This document shows, piece after piece, positions 12,746 through 21,921 of a stretch of 64,000 nt of DNA. The position numbers were made by a program, and so were the translations under genes. This DNA comes from Spirochaetia bacterium. GTDB lineage: Bacteria; Spirochaetota; Spirochaetia; SZUA-6; Bin103. Position 1 is the stretch's first letter; the number at the start of each line of letters is the position of its first letter. The notes under the pieces are model-generated. The model was not told where the DNA came from. It ran no database searches and worked only from the letters and a program-made list of their open reading frames with translations. The stretch covers positions 4,128,001-4,192,000 of the forward strand of contig OZ241863.1 in NCBI GenBank assembly GCA_965203055.1, read 5' to 3'.

Positions 12746-13852
12746 TCAGCTCGCCTGCATCGGCATCACGATGTGAAAATAATCTCCCTCCGGCTCCGGC
12801 TTCAGGGACAGCGCCTTGCCGGTATCGGTGAACTCCAGCAGTACCTGGTCGGTGCTCATCTCGCGCAACGGGTCCAGCAAATACTCGTAGTTGAACGCCA
12901 GCACCAGCTCGGGGCCCTGGTACTGGCAGCCGATCTCCTCGCGGGCGGCGCCGATCTCCCCTTCGCTGGAGCGGATCACCAGGTTGTCGGGATGACTCTC
13001 CAGATAGATGCGCCGCGACTTCTGCTCGACCAGCAGCGACACCCGCCGCAAGCCCTCTTCGAAGGCAGCGCGATCGATCACCAGCCGATACTCCTGCCGC
13101 TCCGGGATCACCCGCTGGTAGTTGGGAAACTGGGCATCGATCAGATTGGACGCCAACTGCTGCGAGTCATACCGCACGTGGAACTCGCGCTCGCTTACCG
13201 AGACCATGAACTCGCCCTCGCGCGGCGCCTGACGGCGCACGATGTTCAACACCTTGGGCGGGATGATCACCCCCTTGAAATCCGCAACGCTGCTGTCCAT
13301 TGCCTTCGCCGCGTACGCCAGGCGGCGCCCGTCGGTCGCCACCATGGTGATCCGCTCACTCTGCTTCTCCAGATAGACGCCATTCATGAAATAGCGCGTT
13401 TCGTCATCCGATACCGCAAACAGGGTATGAGAGATCATTTCGATCAGATCTTTCTTGGGCACCGGAAAGGCGCCTTCCTCGTCAGCTCCCTGGAACGGCG
13501 GGTACTTGTCCGCGGAGATGCCTTTGAGCTGGAAGCGGATGTTCTTGAACACCGGACTGATCCGCAACACCATGTCATCACTCTGCTCGAACTCGATCTC
13601 GCTGTCGGGCAATGAGCGCAGGATGCCGTGCAGCTTGTCGCAGAACACCGTGATGCTGCCGGGCTTGGAAACCTCGACCGGCACGTGCGATTCATAGTTC
13701 ACCTTGAGATCGGTCGCCCGTATCGTCAAGGTCTGATCCGCCGCCATAAGCAGCACGTTGGACAGTATCGACAATGAGTTGCGCGCCGAGATTATCTCGT
13801 AGGCGTTCGCGATTTCACGCAGGATCGATTCACGCTCACAAACGAACTTCAT
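12746..13852 (-). CDS. dnaN: DNA polymerase III beta clamp
   Basis: ILSNVLL, ATDL, DETRYFMNGV, VATDGRRLA, FPNYQRVIP, VMPMQ. GAGGAGG RBS precedes ATG 13852. Confidence 0.97.
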   Translation of the reverse strand: MKFVCERESILREIANAYEIISARNSLSILSNVLLMAADQTLTIRATDLKVNYESHVPVEVSKPGSITVFCDKLHGILRSLPDSEIEFEQSDDMVLRISPVFKNIRFQLKGISADKYPPFQGADEEGAFPVPKKDLIEMISHTLFAVSDDETRYFMNGVYLEKQSERITMVATDGRRLAYAAKAMDSSVADFKGVIIPPKVLNIVRRQAPREGEFMVSVSEREFHVRYDSQQLASNLIDAQFPNYQRVIPERQEYRLVIDRAAFEEGLRRVSLLVEQKSRRIYLESHPDNLVIRSSEGEIGAAREEIGCQYQGPELVLAFNYEYLLDPLREMSTDQVLLEFTDTGKALSLKPEPEGDYFHIVMPMQAS

Positions 13853-14077
13853 GTTGCCAACCTCCTCATTGATATTTCCGGTAGCAATGGCAGTTACTCC
13901 GGTGGATTTGTGCAAAACCAATGTAATTATACGTCATGATGATAGTTATATTTCCCCAGACAAAGCCGGCGCGGCGCTCCGTTATGCACATTGCGGCGCG
14001 CCGCGGCGCCGGATGCCCGGCCGGTCGCCGGTTACCCACGGGCTGCCCACACGTTATACCGGCGCGCCTCCCGGCGG
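13853..14077. other. Probable oriC core (dnaA-dnaN intergenic)
   Basis: DnaA-box-like 9-mers TTATGCACA (13982-13990), TTACCCACG (14032-14040) and CTGCCCACA (14043-14051). Minus-strand TTTTGCACA/AAATCCACC pair at 13901-13917. AT-rich tract ~13915-13953 in a GC-rich genome. Confidence 0.75.
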
Positions 14078-15457
14078 TCAGGCCACACTTCTGTCTCTGA
14101 TGGAATTGGTGATCTTCTGCAGCGTGTTTTCCAGAGTGGCGTCGCTCTTCAGCCGCGCAGTGACGCGCTGGCAGGCATGCATTACGGTAGTGTGATCGCG
14201 CCCGCCAAACTCGATCCCTACTTCGGTAGTGGAGAAATTGGTAAGGCTGCGGGCCAGATACATCGCTACCTGACGCGGGAAGGCGATTGCCTGGGTGCGC
14301 TTCTTGCCTTTCAGATCAGCCGTGGTGAGCGAATAATAGTCGGACACTTCCCGCTGGATGGAGTCGATGGTAATGCTGAGGTGTTCGGGCTTGGAAAAGA
14401 AGTCCTGCAGCTCGCGCTGGGCGATTTCGAGGGTGATGGTGCGGCCCATCAACTCGCGGTAGGCGGCAAGTTTGGTCAGCGCCTTCTCCAGGTCGCGCAC
14501 GTTGGTAACGATGTTGCGGCAGATCAGATCGATGATGACGTCGTCGAGCAGGAACCCGCGTTCCTCGATCTTGCGTTTGACGATGGCGCTGCGCGTCTCG
14601 TAGTTGGGCGGGTGCAGGTCGGTGTTCAGACCCCGCTCGAACCGGTTGATCAGCCGGTCGGGAACGCCCATCAGTTCCGATACCGGACGGTCGCTGCTGA
14701 ATACCATCTGCTTGTTGGCATCGTAGAGGGCATTGAACGTGTGGAACAGTTCCTGCTGCGTCTCCACCTTTCCCTGCAGGAACTGGATGTCGTCGATCAA
14801 CAGCACGTCGGCCGAACGATACCGGTTCTTGAAGCGGTGGCCGGTCTTCTCCTTGATCGACTGGATGAACTCGTTGGTGAAGGTCTCCACGGTTACGTAC
14901 ACGACCTTGAGGTCGGGAAGTTCGAAGTACACGGCGTTGCCGATCGCCTGCAGCAGATGGGTCTTGCCGAGGCCCACCCCGCCGTAGACCAGACACGGGT
15001 TGTAGGCGCGGCCGGGGTTCTTGGCGATTGCCAGCGCGGCGTTGAGCGCGAGCGAATTGCTGTCGCCCTCCACCATCCGGCTGAAGGTGTACAGCGGGTT
15101 GAGTTGGCTATGGGGGGCGGAGGCCGCCGGGTTCAGCGGCCGCGGCGCGGCCCCGGGCGGCTGCGAGGCGGGCTGCGCCGCCGCCGGCGCCGCGGGAGGC
15201 GCGCCGTTGGCCACTACGTAGGACAGCTTCAGGGTTTGCGCCGCCAGCTCGGACAGCTCCCGTTCGATGGTCGATTGGAACCGCTGCGCAACCTGGTCGC
15301 GATGGAAGGCGGAGGGCACCATAAGAGTGACCACCCCGCCGCCGGAGGCGCTGTACTCCATGCTGCGCAGCCAGGTTTGATACTCCTGGTCGGAAACGGT
15401 ACCGCGAATGCGATCCAGCGCCTGGTTCCAGACACCCTCGTAATCGGTGGGAGGCAT
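14078..15457 (-). CDS. dnaA: Chromosomal replication initiator DnaA
   Basis: LNPLYTF, YGGVGLGKTHL, LLIDDIQF, PRQVAMYL, GGRDHTTVMHA. Confidence 0.99.
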   Translation of the reverse strand: MPPTDYEGVWNQALDRIRGTVSDQEYQTWLRSMEYSASGGGVVTLMVPSAFHRDQVAQRFQSTIERELSELAAQTLKLSYVVANGAPPAAPAAAQPASQPPGAAPRPLNPAASAPHSQLNPLYTFSRMVEGDSNSLALNAALAIAKNPGRAYNPCLVYGGVGLGKTHLLQAIGNAVYFELPDLKVVYVTVETFTNEFIQSIKEKTGHRFKNRYRSADVLLIDDIQFLQGKVETQQELFHTFNALYDANKQMVFSSDRPVSELMGVPDRLINRFERGLNTDLHPPNYETRSAIVKRKIEERGFLLDDVIIDLICRNIVTNVRDLEKALTKLAAYRELMGRTITLEIAQRELQDFFSKPEHLSITIDSIQREVSDYYSLTTADLKGKKRTQAIAFPRQVAMYLARSLTNFSTTEVGIEFGGRDHTTVMHACQRVTARLKSDATLENTLQKITNSIRDRSVA

Positions 15458-15539
15458 TTAGACGTTCCTCTTGCGGGAAGAACCGATTACCGCTGCCAGA
15501 GGCTGCAAACAACCTGCTCGACAGCAATCTATAAACAAG

Positions 15540-15775
15540 TTATCCACAACTCGGCGGGCGCGCGGTTGCCCGGTCTTTGGCCTGGTGGTGCAGTTCCTTG
15601 GCCAATCAGCATTTACGAGGAAATCCGGCGGTCTGTCCGTAGGTCTATATGTCATAACCATTTATTTCTTTAGTCGAAGGCTCGCGATGAATCGAGGCAG
15701 GTAGTTGCCGGTACGCTGTCGATCAGGTGCTTGACGGTGTCGTCGAAGCGGAAAACTATCCACAAGTTGTTCACA
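15540..15775. promoter_or_regulatory. DnaA boxes upstream of dnaA
   Basis: Perfect TTATCCACA at 15540-15548, plus tandem CTATCCACA (15756-15764) and TTGTTCACA (15767-15775). Confidence 0.8.
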
Positions 15776-15855
15776 ACAGGATTGCTGATTCAGCATAGCA
15801 CCGCCGCGGGATAGCGGCAAGTCGCTCGAAAGAGTACCTTACGGGCCACTGAACG

Positions 15856-17034
15856 ATGCTGACGACGGTCAACCTGGAAGAGCGGACGGTAGTGCTGGTG
15901 GGTACCGCGCACGTCTCGGAACAGAGTGTTCGGGAGGTGCGCGAGGCGATTGCCGCGCAGCGGCCGGATTGCGTCTGCGTCGAGCTGGACGCCGGGCGCC
16001 ACGCCGCCATCAGTCAGCCGCGCTCCTGGATGGAGCTCGACATCCGCCGCGTGCTGCAGCAACGGAAGGGGTTCCTGCTGCTTACCAACATCGTGCTGCA
16101 TTCGCTGCAGCGCCGGCTCGGCCTCGACCTCGGGGTGCAGCCCGGAGCGGAGATGGCCGCCGCGGTCGCTGCCGCCGAGGCCGCGGGGATACCGTTCGCG
16201 CTCTGCGACCGCGAGATCCAGGTGACCCTGCGCCGGGCCTGGCGGCAGTCGGGATGGTGGGGCCGACTGAAGCTGCTCGCGGCGCTGCTCAGCGGAGCGT
16301 TCTCGAACGAGGAGCTGGAGCCGGCCCAGGTCGAGGCGCTGAAGGAGCGCGGGGCACTGCAGAACATGCTGGAGGAACTGGCCGGGTACCTCCCGCAGGT
16401 CAAGGAAGTGCTGATCGACGAGCGGGACCGCTACCTGGCAGCTCGTATCTTCGCGGCCGGCGGCGCGCGCACCGTGGCGGTGGTGGGCGCCGGCCACGTC
16501 GCCGGGATCGAGCGCTGGCTCACTGCCTATGCCCGGCAGCCGCCGGACGAGAAGGAACTGGCGCTTCTGGACCAGGTGCCGCCGCGCGGACGGCTGGGGC
16601 GCCTGTTGCCGTGGAGCATTCCGGCGCTGTTCGCGGCGCTGGTGGGCTATGGGTTCCTGCGCGCCGGCGCCGAGGTGACCATCGAGAAGCTCACCCAATG
16701 GGTGCTGGTGAACGGCACCTTCGCCGCGGCCGGCGCGCTGGCCGCGCTGGCCCATCCGGTGACCGTGCTCTCCTCGTTCGTGGCCGCCCCGGTCACCTCG
16801 GTGAACCCCACGATCGGCGTTGGAATCGTGGCCGGGGTGGTGCAGGCCTGGCTGCGCAAGCCGCGGGTAGCGGACTTCGAGAACCTGTCTCAGGACGTGA
16901 CCAGCCTGCGCGGCATCCTGCGCAACCGCGTTACCCACGTGCTGGTGGTGTTCCTTCTGTCCAGCGTCGGCAGCGCCATCGGCACGTTCGTCGGGCTCTC
17001 CTTTCTCACCAGCCTGCTGCGCGGCGGCGGCTGA
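15856..17034 (+). CDS. TraB/GumN family protein (pheromone shutdown-like)
   Basis: LVGTAHVS, CVELD, PGAEM, LIDERDRYLA, VVGAGHVAGI and C-terminal hydrophobic helices. Confidence 0.9.
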   Translation: MLTTVNLEERTVVLVGTAHVSEQSVREVREAIAAQRPDCVCVELDAGRHAAISQPRSWMELDIRRVLQQRKGFLLLTNIVLHSLQRRLGLDLGVQPGAEMAAAVAAAEAAGIPFALCDREIQVTLRRAWRQSGWWGRLKLLAALLSGAFSNEELEPAQVEALKERGALQNMLEELAGYLPQVKEVLIDERDRYLAARIFAAGGARTVAVVGAGHVAGIERWLTAYARQPPDEKELALLDQVPPRGRLGRLLPWSIPALFAALVGYGFLRAGAEVTIEKLTQWVLVNGTFAAAGALAALAHPVTVLSSFVAAPVTSVNPTIGVGIVAGVVQAWLRKPRVADFENLSQDVTSLRGILRNRVTHVLVVFLLSSVGSAIGTFVGLSFLTSLLRGGG

Positions 17035-17050
17035 CGCCGGCATCGCCTGC

Positions 17051-17635
17051 TCAGGAGGAGGTTTCGAGCGCCGCGCGGGCGCGGCGCAACGCCCGGCCGC
17101 GATGTGAGATGAGGTCCTTTTCGCCCCCGCTCAGCTCCGCCATGGTGCGTCCCAGGCGCGGCAGCAGGAACACCGGATCGTAGCCGAATCCGTGCGCGCC
17201 GCGCGCCGCGGCGGCGATTTCGCCGCGTACCGCTTCCTGCACCAGCAGCAGGCGGTGCGGGTCGAGGATCAGCGCCAGGCAGCAGATGAACGCCGCCGAG
17301 CGGTCGGCGGCGGACGTCAGGAGCGACAGCAGGTAGGCGCAGCGTCCGGCATCGTCCAACTGCGCGCCCGGCGGAGCGAAGCGCGCCGAGCGTACGCCCG
17401 GCGCGCCGGCGAGCGCGTCCACCGCCAATCCGGAGTCGTCGGCGAGGGTGGGCACGCCGAGCAACCGGTACAGGTGCCGCGCCTTGCCGAGCGCGTTCTG
17501 GTCGTAGCTCGAGCCGGTCTCCTCGTAGGCGAAGCGCACCCCGAACTCCGCCGGGGTGCGCACCGTGATGCCCTGCAGGATGCGCCGCACCTCGGCCACC
17601 TTATGCGGATTGCCGCTCGCCAGCACCAGCTCCAT
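17051..17635 (-). CDS. rdgB: Non-canonical purine NTP pyrophosphatase (RdgB/Ham1)
   Basis: LASGNPHK, ADDSGL, PGVRSAR, GFGYDPVF, SHRGRA. Confidence 0.95.
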   Translation of the reverse strand: MELVLASGNPHKVAEVRRILQGITVRTPAEFGVRFAYEETGSSYDQNALGKARHLYRLLGVPTLADDSGLAVDALAGAPGVRSARFAPPGAQLDDAGRCAYLLSLLTSAADRSAAFICCLALILDPHRLLLVQEAVRGEIAAAARGAHGFGYDPVFLLPRLGRTMAELSGGEKDLISHRGRALRRARAALETSS

Positions 17636-18545
17636 CGGCCCAAGCGTAGTCCGCCGTCCGCTGCCGCCGCAACCAGTACAGCCCGGTATCGACGGTGCCC
17701 TTGGGGATCCCGAGCACCGCGGCGATCGCCCGATTGGTGGGCGCCACCCGTACCCGGGTCAGCTCCGACTGCGCAGCTTCGACCGAGCGCCGATAGCGCG
17801 CCGCGCGCGCGGCCGCCTGCGCGCGGAACTTGCCATCGGTCTCGCGGTGGGCGGCGCCCGACCAGAGCTGAAGCCGGGCAAAGGCGTGGTTGCGGCGCGA
17901 CCGCTGCAGTTCCAGGCGCTGATAGGCGCCGGCCCGGCCGCGCCGCAGGTGTTCGATCAGGGACCGGAGGCGCGGCAACTCGCAACCGGTCGCTTGCGCC
18001 GCCGCCGCCAACTGCCGCTGGTCCAGGCGGTGGCCGGTCTTCAATACGCCGTACAGGATGCGCCGGCGGGCGACCGCAGCCCTCTTGGCCCCCTTGGGGG
18101 CGGCCGCGGGCCGCGCGGGAGGCGCCGGCGGGCTGGGGAACGGGGTCACGTTGGCCGGCGCCGCGCCGCGCACGTCCGTCGCGGGCGTCTCCGCGGCTGC
18201 GTCCGGATCGTCCCACAACGGGCTGCGCAACGTGGTTTGCCAGGCGTGCTCGGCTTGCCGGCGCTTGGCGAGAAAGCTGCGCAGTTGCCAACTCAGGACC
18301 GAGTTCAGGTAGCGCTCGAACGGCTTCCCGCAATCGCGGAAGCGGACCACGATCTGTTCCAGCTTGGCGTGGCAGAACAGATAGAACTCGCCGCCGGCGT
18401 CCTCGTCCAGACCCGGCATCTTGCGCCGCGGATAACGATAGGCGTAGGTGCCCAATTCCTCCATCAGTGCCCGCCGCCCCTCGCCGGTGCGCTGAAAGGC
18501 AAGCACTCGCTCGCTCCAACCAGGATGATATTCTTGCTGTTGCAT
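17601..18545 (-). CDS. Sigma-factor-like protein (region 2-like N-terminus, region 4 HTH C-terminus)
   Basis: DEDAGGEFYL...RFRDCGKPFERYLNSVL resembles sigma region 2. TNRAIAAVLGIPKGTVDTGLYWLRR resembles the sigma region 4.2 HTH. Confidence 0.55.
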   Translation of the reverse strand: MQQQEYHPGWSERVLAFQRTGEGRRALMEELGTYAYRYPRRKMPGLDEDAGGEFYLFCHAKLEQIVVRFRDCGKPFERYLNSVLSWQLRSFLAKRRQAEHAWQTTLRSPLWDDPDAAAETPATDVRGAAPANVTPFPSPPAPPARPAAAPKGAKRAAVARRRILYGVLKTGHRLDQRQLAAAAQATGCELPRLRSLIEHLRRGRAGAYQRLELQRSRRNHAFARLQLWSGAAHRETDGKFRAQAAARAARYRRSVEAAQSELTRVRVAPTNRAIAAVLGIPKGTVDTGLYWLRRQRTADYAWADGAGAGERQSA

Positions 18546-18634
18546 CTACCAGGTACCTCCGCACACTGGTAAGCAAGCGGCGTGCCAAGTAGCGGCGGCT
18601 GCGGGCCGCAGACGGAAGGCCCGTTTACAATGAT

Positions 18635-19663
18635 TTACGTTGCGGCTTCGGGCGGCGCCGGCGGCGGGGGGACGGCCGCCGCGGCGGCCTCCAGGCGCGG
18701 CAGCAGCGCGGCGCGCAGCGCGGAAACGCTGCCGCGCCAGGTGAAGCCGGCCGCTTGGCGGTGGCCGCCGCCGCCGAACTCCTGCGCCACGCGGGCGACG
18801 TCCAGCGCCGGGCCGGAGCGCAGGCTCACCGCGTAGCGCCCGTCGGGCTGCTCGCGCGCGAATGCCAGCGCCTCGCTGCCGGCGACGGTACGCAGCAGAT
18901 CGTACAGCTCGTCGTGGCCGGCCGGCGGACCGCCAAGCTGCCGCCGGTCGCGCAGCGACTGCCAGGAAAACAGCACCCGCCCGCCGGCATGCTGCTCGGC
19001 GCGCTGCAACAGGACGCCGAGCAACCGGCGCTGGGCGAAGCTGCGCCCCCCGTGGATGCGCTGGTAGGTGGCGCGCGGGTCGCCGCCGCGCGCCACCAAG
19101 CGGGCCGCGGCCTCGAACGGCGCCGTATTGCCGGGCCCCACGTGGCGGAAGAAGCCGGTATCGGTGCACAGCCCGAACAGCAGCAGCTCGACCTGGGCCG
19201 GGCTCAGCTCGGCGCCGGCGGCCTCCACGATGAGCTGCACCAGGTAGGCGGTGGCCGGCGCCGCGGGATCGACCAGCCGCACCTCGCCGTAACGCTCGCC
19301 GGGCGGCCCGGCGACGTGGTGATCGATCACCACCGCAGGCAGGCCGGCAAGTTGCCCGGCGAGGCTGCCGGTACGTTCCGGCGTGGCGCAGTCCAGCACC
19401 ACCGCGGTGGGGTTCCGGCGCAGCATCTCCGCTTCGATCACGGGGCGAAAGCGCGCCCCGAAGCGGCGAATCTCGTGCCGCTCGAACGGTCCGGCGGAGT
19501 ACACCCCTACCCGCTTGCCAAGGCCGCCGAGGAACTCGGCCAGCACGAGCTGGGAGGCGATGCAGTCGCCGTCCGGTTCTTCATGACCCACCAGCACCAG
19601 CGCGTCGGCGGCGCGCAACGCGGCCAGCACGCCGAGCAGGTCAGCCGGCGGCGGAGTCTTCAC
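18635..19663 (-). CDS. DHH/DHHA1 phosphoesterase (NrnA-like)
   Basis: GHEEPDGDC, VVLDC, VIDHH, TDTGFF, SLRS, GGGGHRQAAG. The GTG start overlaps the upstream stop (GTGA). The longer ORF in the track is an upstream extension. Confidence 0.92.
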   Translation of the reverse strand: MKTPPPADLLGVLAALRAADALVLVGHEEPDGDCIASQLVLAEFLGGLGKRVGVYSAGPFERHEIRRFGARFRPVIEAEMLRRNPTAVVLDCATPERTGSLAGQLAGLPAVVIDHHVAGPPGERYGEVRLVDPAAPATAYLVQLIVEAAGAELSPAQVELLLFGLCTDTGFFRHVGPGNTAPFEAAARLVARGGDPRATYQRIHGGRSFAQRRLLGVLLQRAEQHAGGRVLFSWQSLRDRRQLGGPPAGHDELYDLLRTVAGSEALAFAREQPDGRYAVSLRSGPALDVARVAQEFGGGGHRQAAGFTWRGSVSALRAALLPRLEAAAAAVPPPPAPPEAAT

Positions 19664-20829
19664 GGGAGCAGCACGGCCCGTTGCGGGGCGCCGCCGGAGA
19701 CCACCAGCTCGCTGCCGCGCACGTAGGCGTTGATCTCGCTGCGCATGCCGTAGCCGTCCCGGTACACACCCGGCTCGATGGAGAAGCAGGAGCCGTCCAG
19801 GAGCGGGCGCGGGTCGGGAAACTCGACCGCGTCCAGGTTTACGCCGATTCCGTGCAGCCGCGCGTCGATGGCGTGGCCGGTGCGGTGCCGGACCTGCGCC
19901 AGCAGCCCGTGTCGATCCAGGATGGCGCGCGCCCGCCGGTCCACCTCGGCGCCGGTCACCGGCTGCGCCTGGCCGAGGCGCTCGCGAATCAGCGCCACCG
20001 CGCCGTCGCGGGCGGCGCGCACCGCGCCGAAGGTGGCCGCCGGCTCCGCCGGCAGCGCGGCGCCGGTCCAGGCGACCCAGGAGATGTCGGCGTACACCGC
20101 CCCGGGCGCCGGCTCCTTGGCCCACAGATCGAACTGCACGAGCTGATCCGGCTCGATTGCCGCTCCGGCGCCGGCCGGCTGGTAGTGCGGATCGCTGCTG
20201 TTGGCGCCGGCCGCCACCAGCGGAGGCTCTTCGGTGACCAGCCCGCGCGCCCGGAAGCCGCCGCTGATCCAGTCGCGGACCTCCCCTTCGGTGACCTCGG
20301 AGCCGCGGCGCAGGGCCTGCGCGAGCCGCTTCCAGGTCGCGTCGACGATCGCCCGCAGCGCCGTTGCGGCGCGCTCGTGGCTGGCGCGCGCCGCGGCGTC
20401 CAGCACGCCGAGCACGCGCTGCACCAGCGTCTCGGCCGAAACCGCGGGAATCGCGAGCTGCTGCAACAGCAGCACGATGCCGTGGTCCACCAGCGACAGG
20501 GCGGGGATGGCGGCGGAGTAGTTGAGGGCCACCGGCTGCCGGTCGCGGCACGCCGCGCGCAGGCAGCGCAGGAACTGGTCGCGCGACGCGTAGCGCGTTA
20601 CCTGGCCGGGCAGGTGGTCAAGGAGCTGCGCCTCGATCGCGTGCACGATGCGCTCCACGCTGCCGTCGGCGCGCACCAGGCAGGCCCAGGGACGGGTGTT
20701 CAAGGCGTCCGCCGGGACCCCGAGGATGGCATCGGCGACGTGGTCCCGATGGTAGATGTTGTAGAACAGCCAGCCGGCCAGCCCGGCGTCCCGGAGCGCC
20801 GGCGCCACTCGTTCGAGGCAGCCGCTCAT
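19660..20829 (-). CDS. M24 family metallopeptidase (Xaa-Pro aminopeptidase-like)
   Basis: FDLW...YADIS, HRTGHAI, FSIEPGVY, RSEIN metal-ligand pattern. ATGA overlap with argF. Confidence 0.88.
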   Translation of the reverse strand: MSGCLERVAPALRDAGLAGWLFYNIYHRDHVADAILGVPADALNTRPWACLVRADGSVERIVHAIEAQLLDHLPGQVTRYASRDQFLRCLRAACRDRQPVALNYSAAIPALSLVDHGIVLLLQQLAIPAVSAETLVQRVLGVLDAAARASHERAATALRAIVDATWKRLAQALRRGSEVTEGEVRDWISGGFRARGLVTEEPPLVAAGANSSDPHYQPAGAGAAIEPDQLVQFDLWAKEPAPGAVYADISWVAWTGAALPAEPAATFGAVRAARDGAVALIRERLGQAQPVTGAEVDRRARAILDRHGLLAQVRHRTGHAIDARLHGIGVNLDAVEFPDPRPLLDGSCFSIEPGVYRDGYGMRSEINAYVRGSELVVSGGAPQRAVLLP

Positions 20830-21779
20830 GCGCGCTGCGCCAGGGTGGCGAGCAGCACCGCCTTGGCGGTGTGCTTGCGGTTCTCGGCCTGGTCCCACAC
20901 CACCGCGGCGGGGCCCTCGAACACCTCCTCGGTGACCTCGTTGCCCTTTACCGCCGGCAGGTCGTGCATGAACAGGCAGGAGGCGTTGCCGGTGCGCTGC
21001 AGCAGGGCGCCGTCCACCTGGTAGGGCGCCAGCAGGCGCAGCCGTTCGGCCGCCTGCGCCTCCTCGCCCATCGACACCCAGACGTCGGTATAGAGCGCGT
21101 CGGCGCCGGCCACCATCTCCGGGTCGGCGCCGCTGGCGATGCTGCCGCCGCTGGCCGCGGCGTCTTCCCGGCATTGCTCCAGCAATGCCGCCTCCGGCGC
21201 CAACTCGGGCGGTCCCACCGCGGCGAAGGTCATCCCCATGCGCGCGCAGCCGATCATCAGCGAGCTCGCCACGTTGTTGCGGCAGTCGCCCACGTAGGCC
21301 AGCTTCAGGCCGGCGATCCTCCCATGGCGCTCCTCCAGGGTCAGCAGATCGGCCAGCACCTGGGTTGGATGGCGGGTGTCGGTCAGGCCGTTGTACACCG
21401 GCACCCCGGAGTAGTCGGCGAGCACCTCCGCGGTGCGCTGGTGGTAGCCGCGGAACTGGATGGCGTCGAACATCCGTCCCAGTACCCGCGCGGTGTCCTC
21501 CAGCGATTCCTTTTCTCCGAGGTGAGTCTCCGCGGCGCCGAGGAACACCGGGTGCCCGCCCTCTTCGCCGAACGCGGTGTCGAACGCGCATCGGGTGCGG
21601 GTGGAAGGCTTCTCGTACAGCATGGCCAGCGACAGCCCGCGGAACCGCTGGCCGACGCGGCCGGCGCGGCGGTCGGCCTTGGCCTGGTGCGCGAGGTCCA
21701 GCAGCAGGCGGATGTCGGCCGCGGAGAAGTCGCTCAGCGTGAGCAGCGAGCGGCCGCGCAGATGGGAGGCGTGGTCCAT
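20826..21779 (-). CDS. argF: Ornithine carbamoyltransferase family
   Basis: KPSTRTR, HPTQ, YTDVWVSMG, QAENR. HDLP occurs in place of the usual HCLP. Confidence 0.85.
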   Translation of the reverse strand: MDHASHLRGRSLLTLSDFSAADIRLLLDLAHQAKADRRAGRVGQRFRGLSLAMLYEKPSTRTRCAFDTAFGEEGGHPVFLGAAETHLGEKESLEDTARVLGRMFDAIQFRGYHQRTAEVLADYSGVPVYNGLTDTRHPTQVLADLLTLEERHGRIAGLKLAYVGDCRNNVASSLMIGCARMGMTFAAVGPPELAPEAALLEQCREDAAASGGSIASGADPEMVAGADALYTDVWVSMGEEAQAAERLRLLAPYQVDGALLQRTGNASCLFMHDLPAVKGNEVTEEVFEGPAAVVWDQAENRKHTAKAVLLATLAQRA

Positions 21780-21921
21780 CGCAATAAAGCCGGAACGTAC
21801 CGGATTGCGGCGCCCCGCGGCAAGCGCCGGCTCACGGCACGCGCACGCCCGGCACGCCGGGGAGTGCTGTCGTGCCGGCGCGCGGCGTGCTAAGCTGGCC
21901 GGCGTCTGGAGGCGTGGTCGA

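Noticed and set aside
18635..21591. Apparent 638-aa and 643-aa fusion ORFs in the track
   Set aside because: The N-terminal halves are off-frame read-through of the upstream genes. Real starts are at 19663 and 20829, with 4-bp stop/start overlaps.
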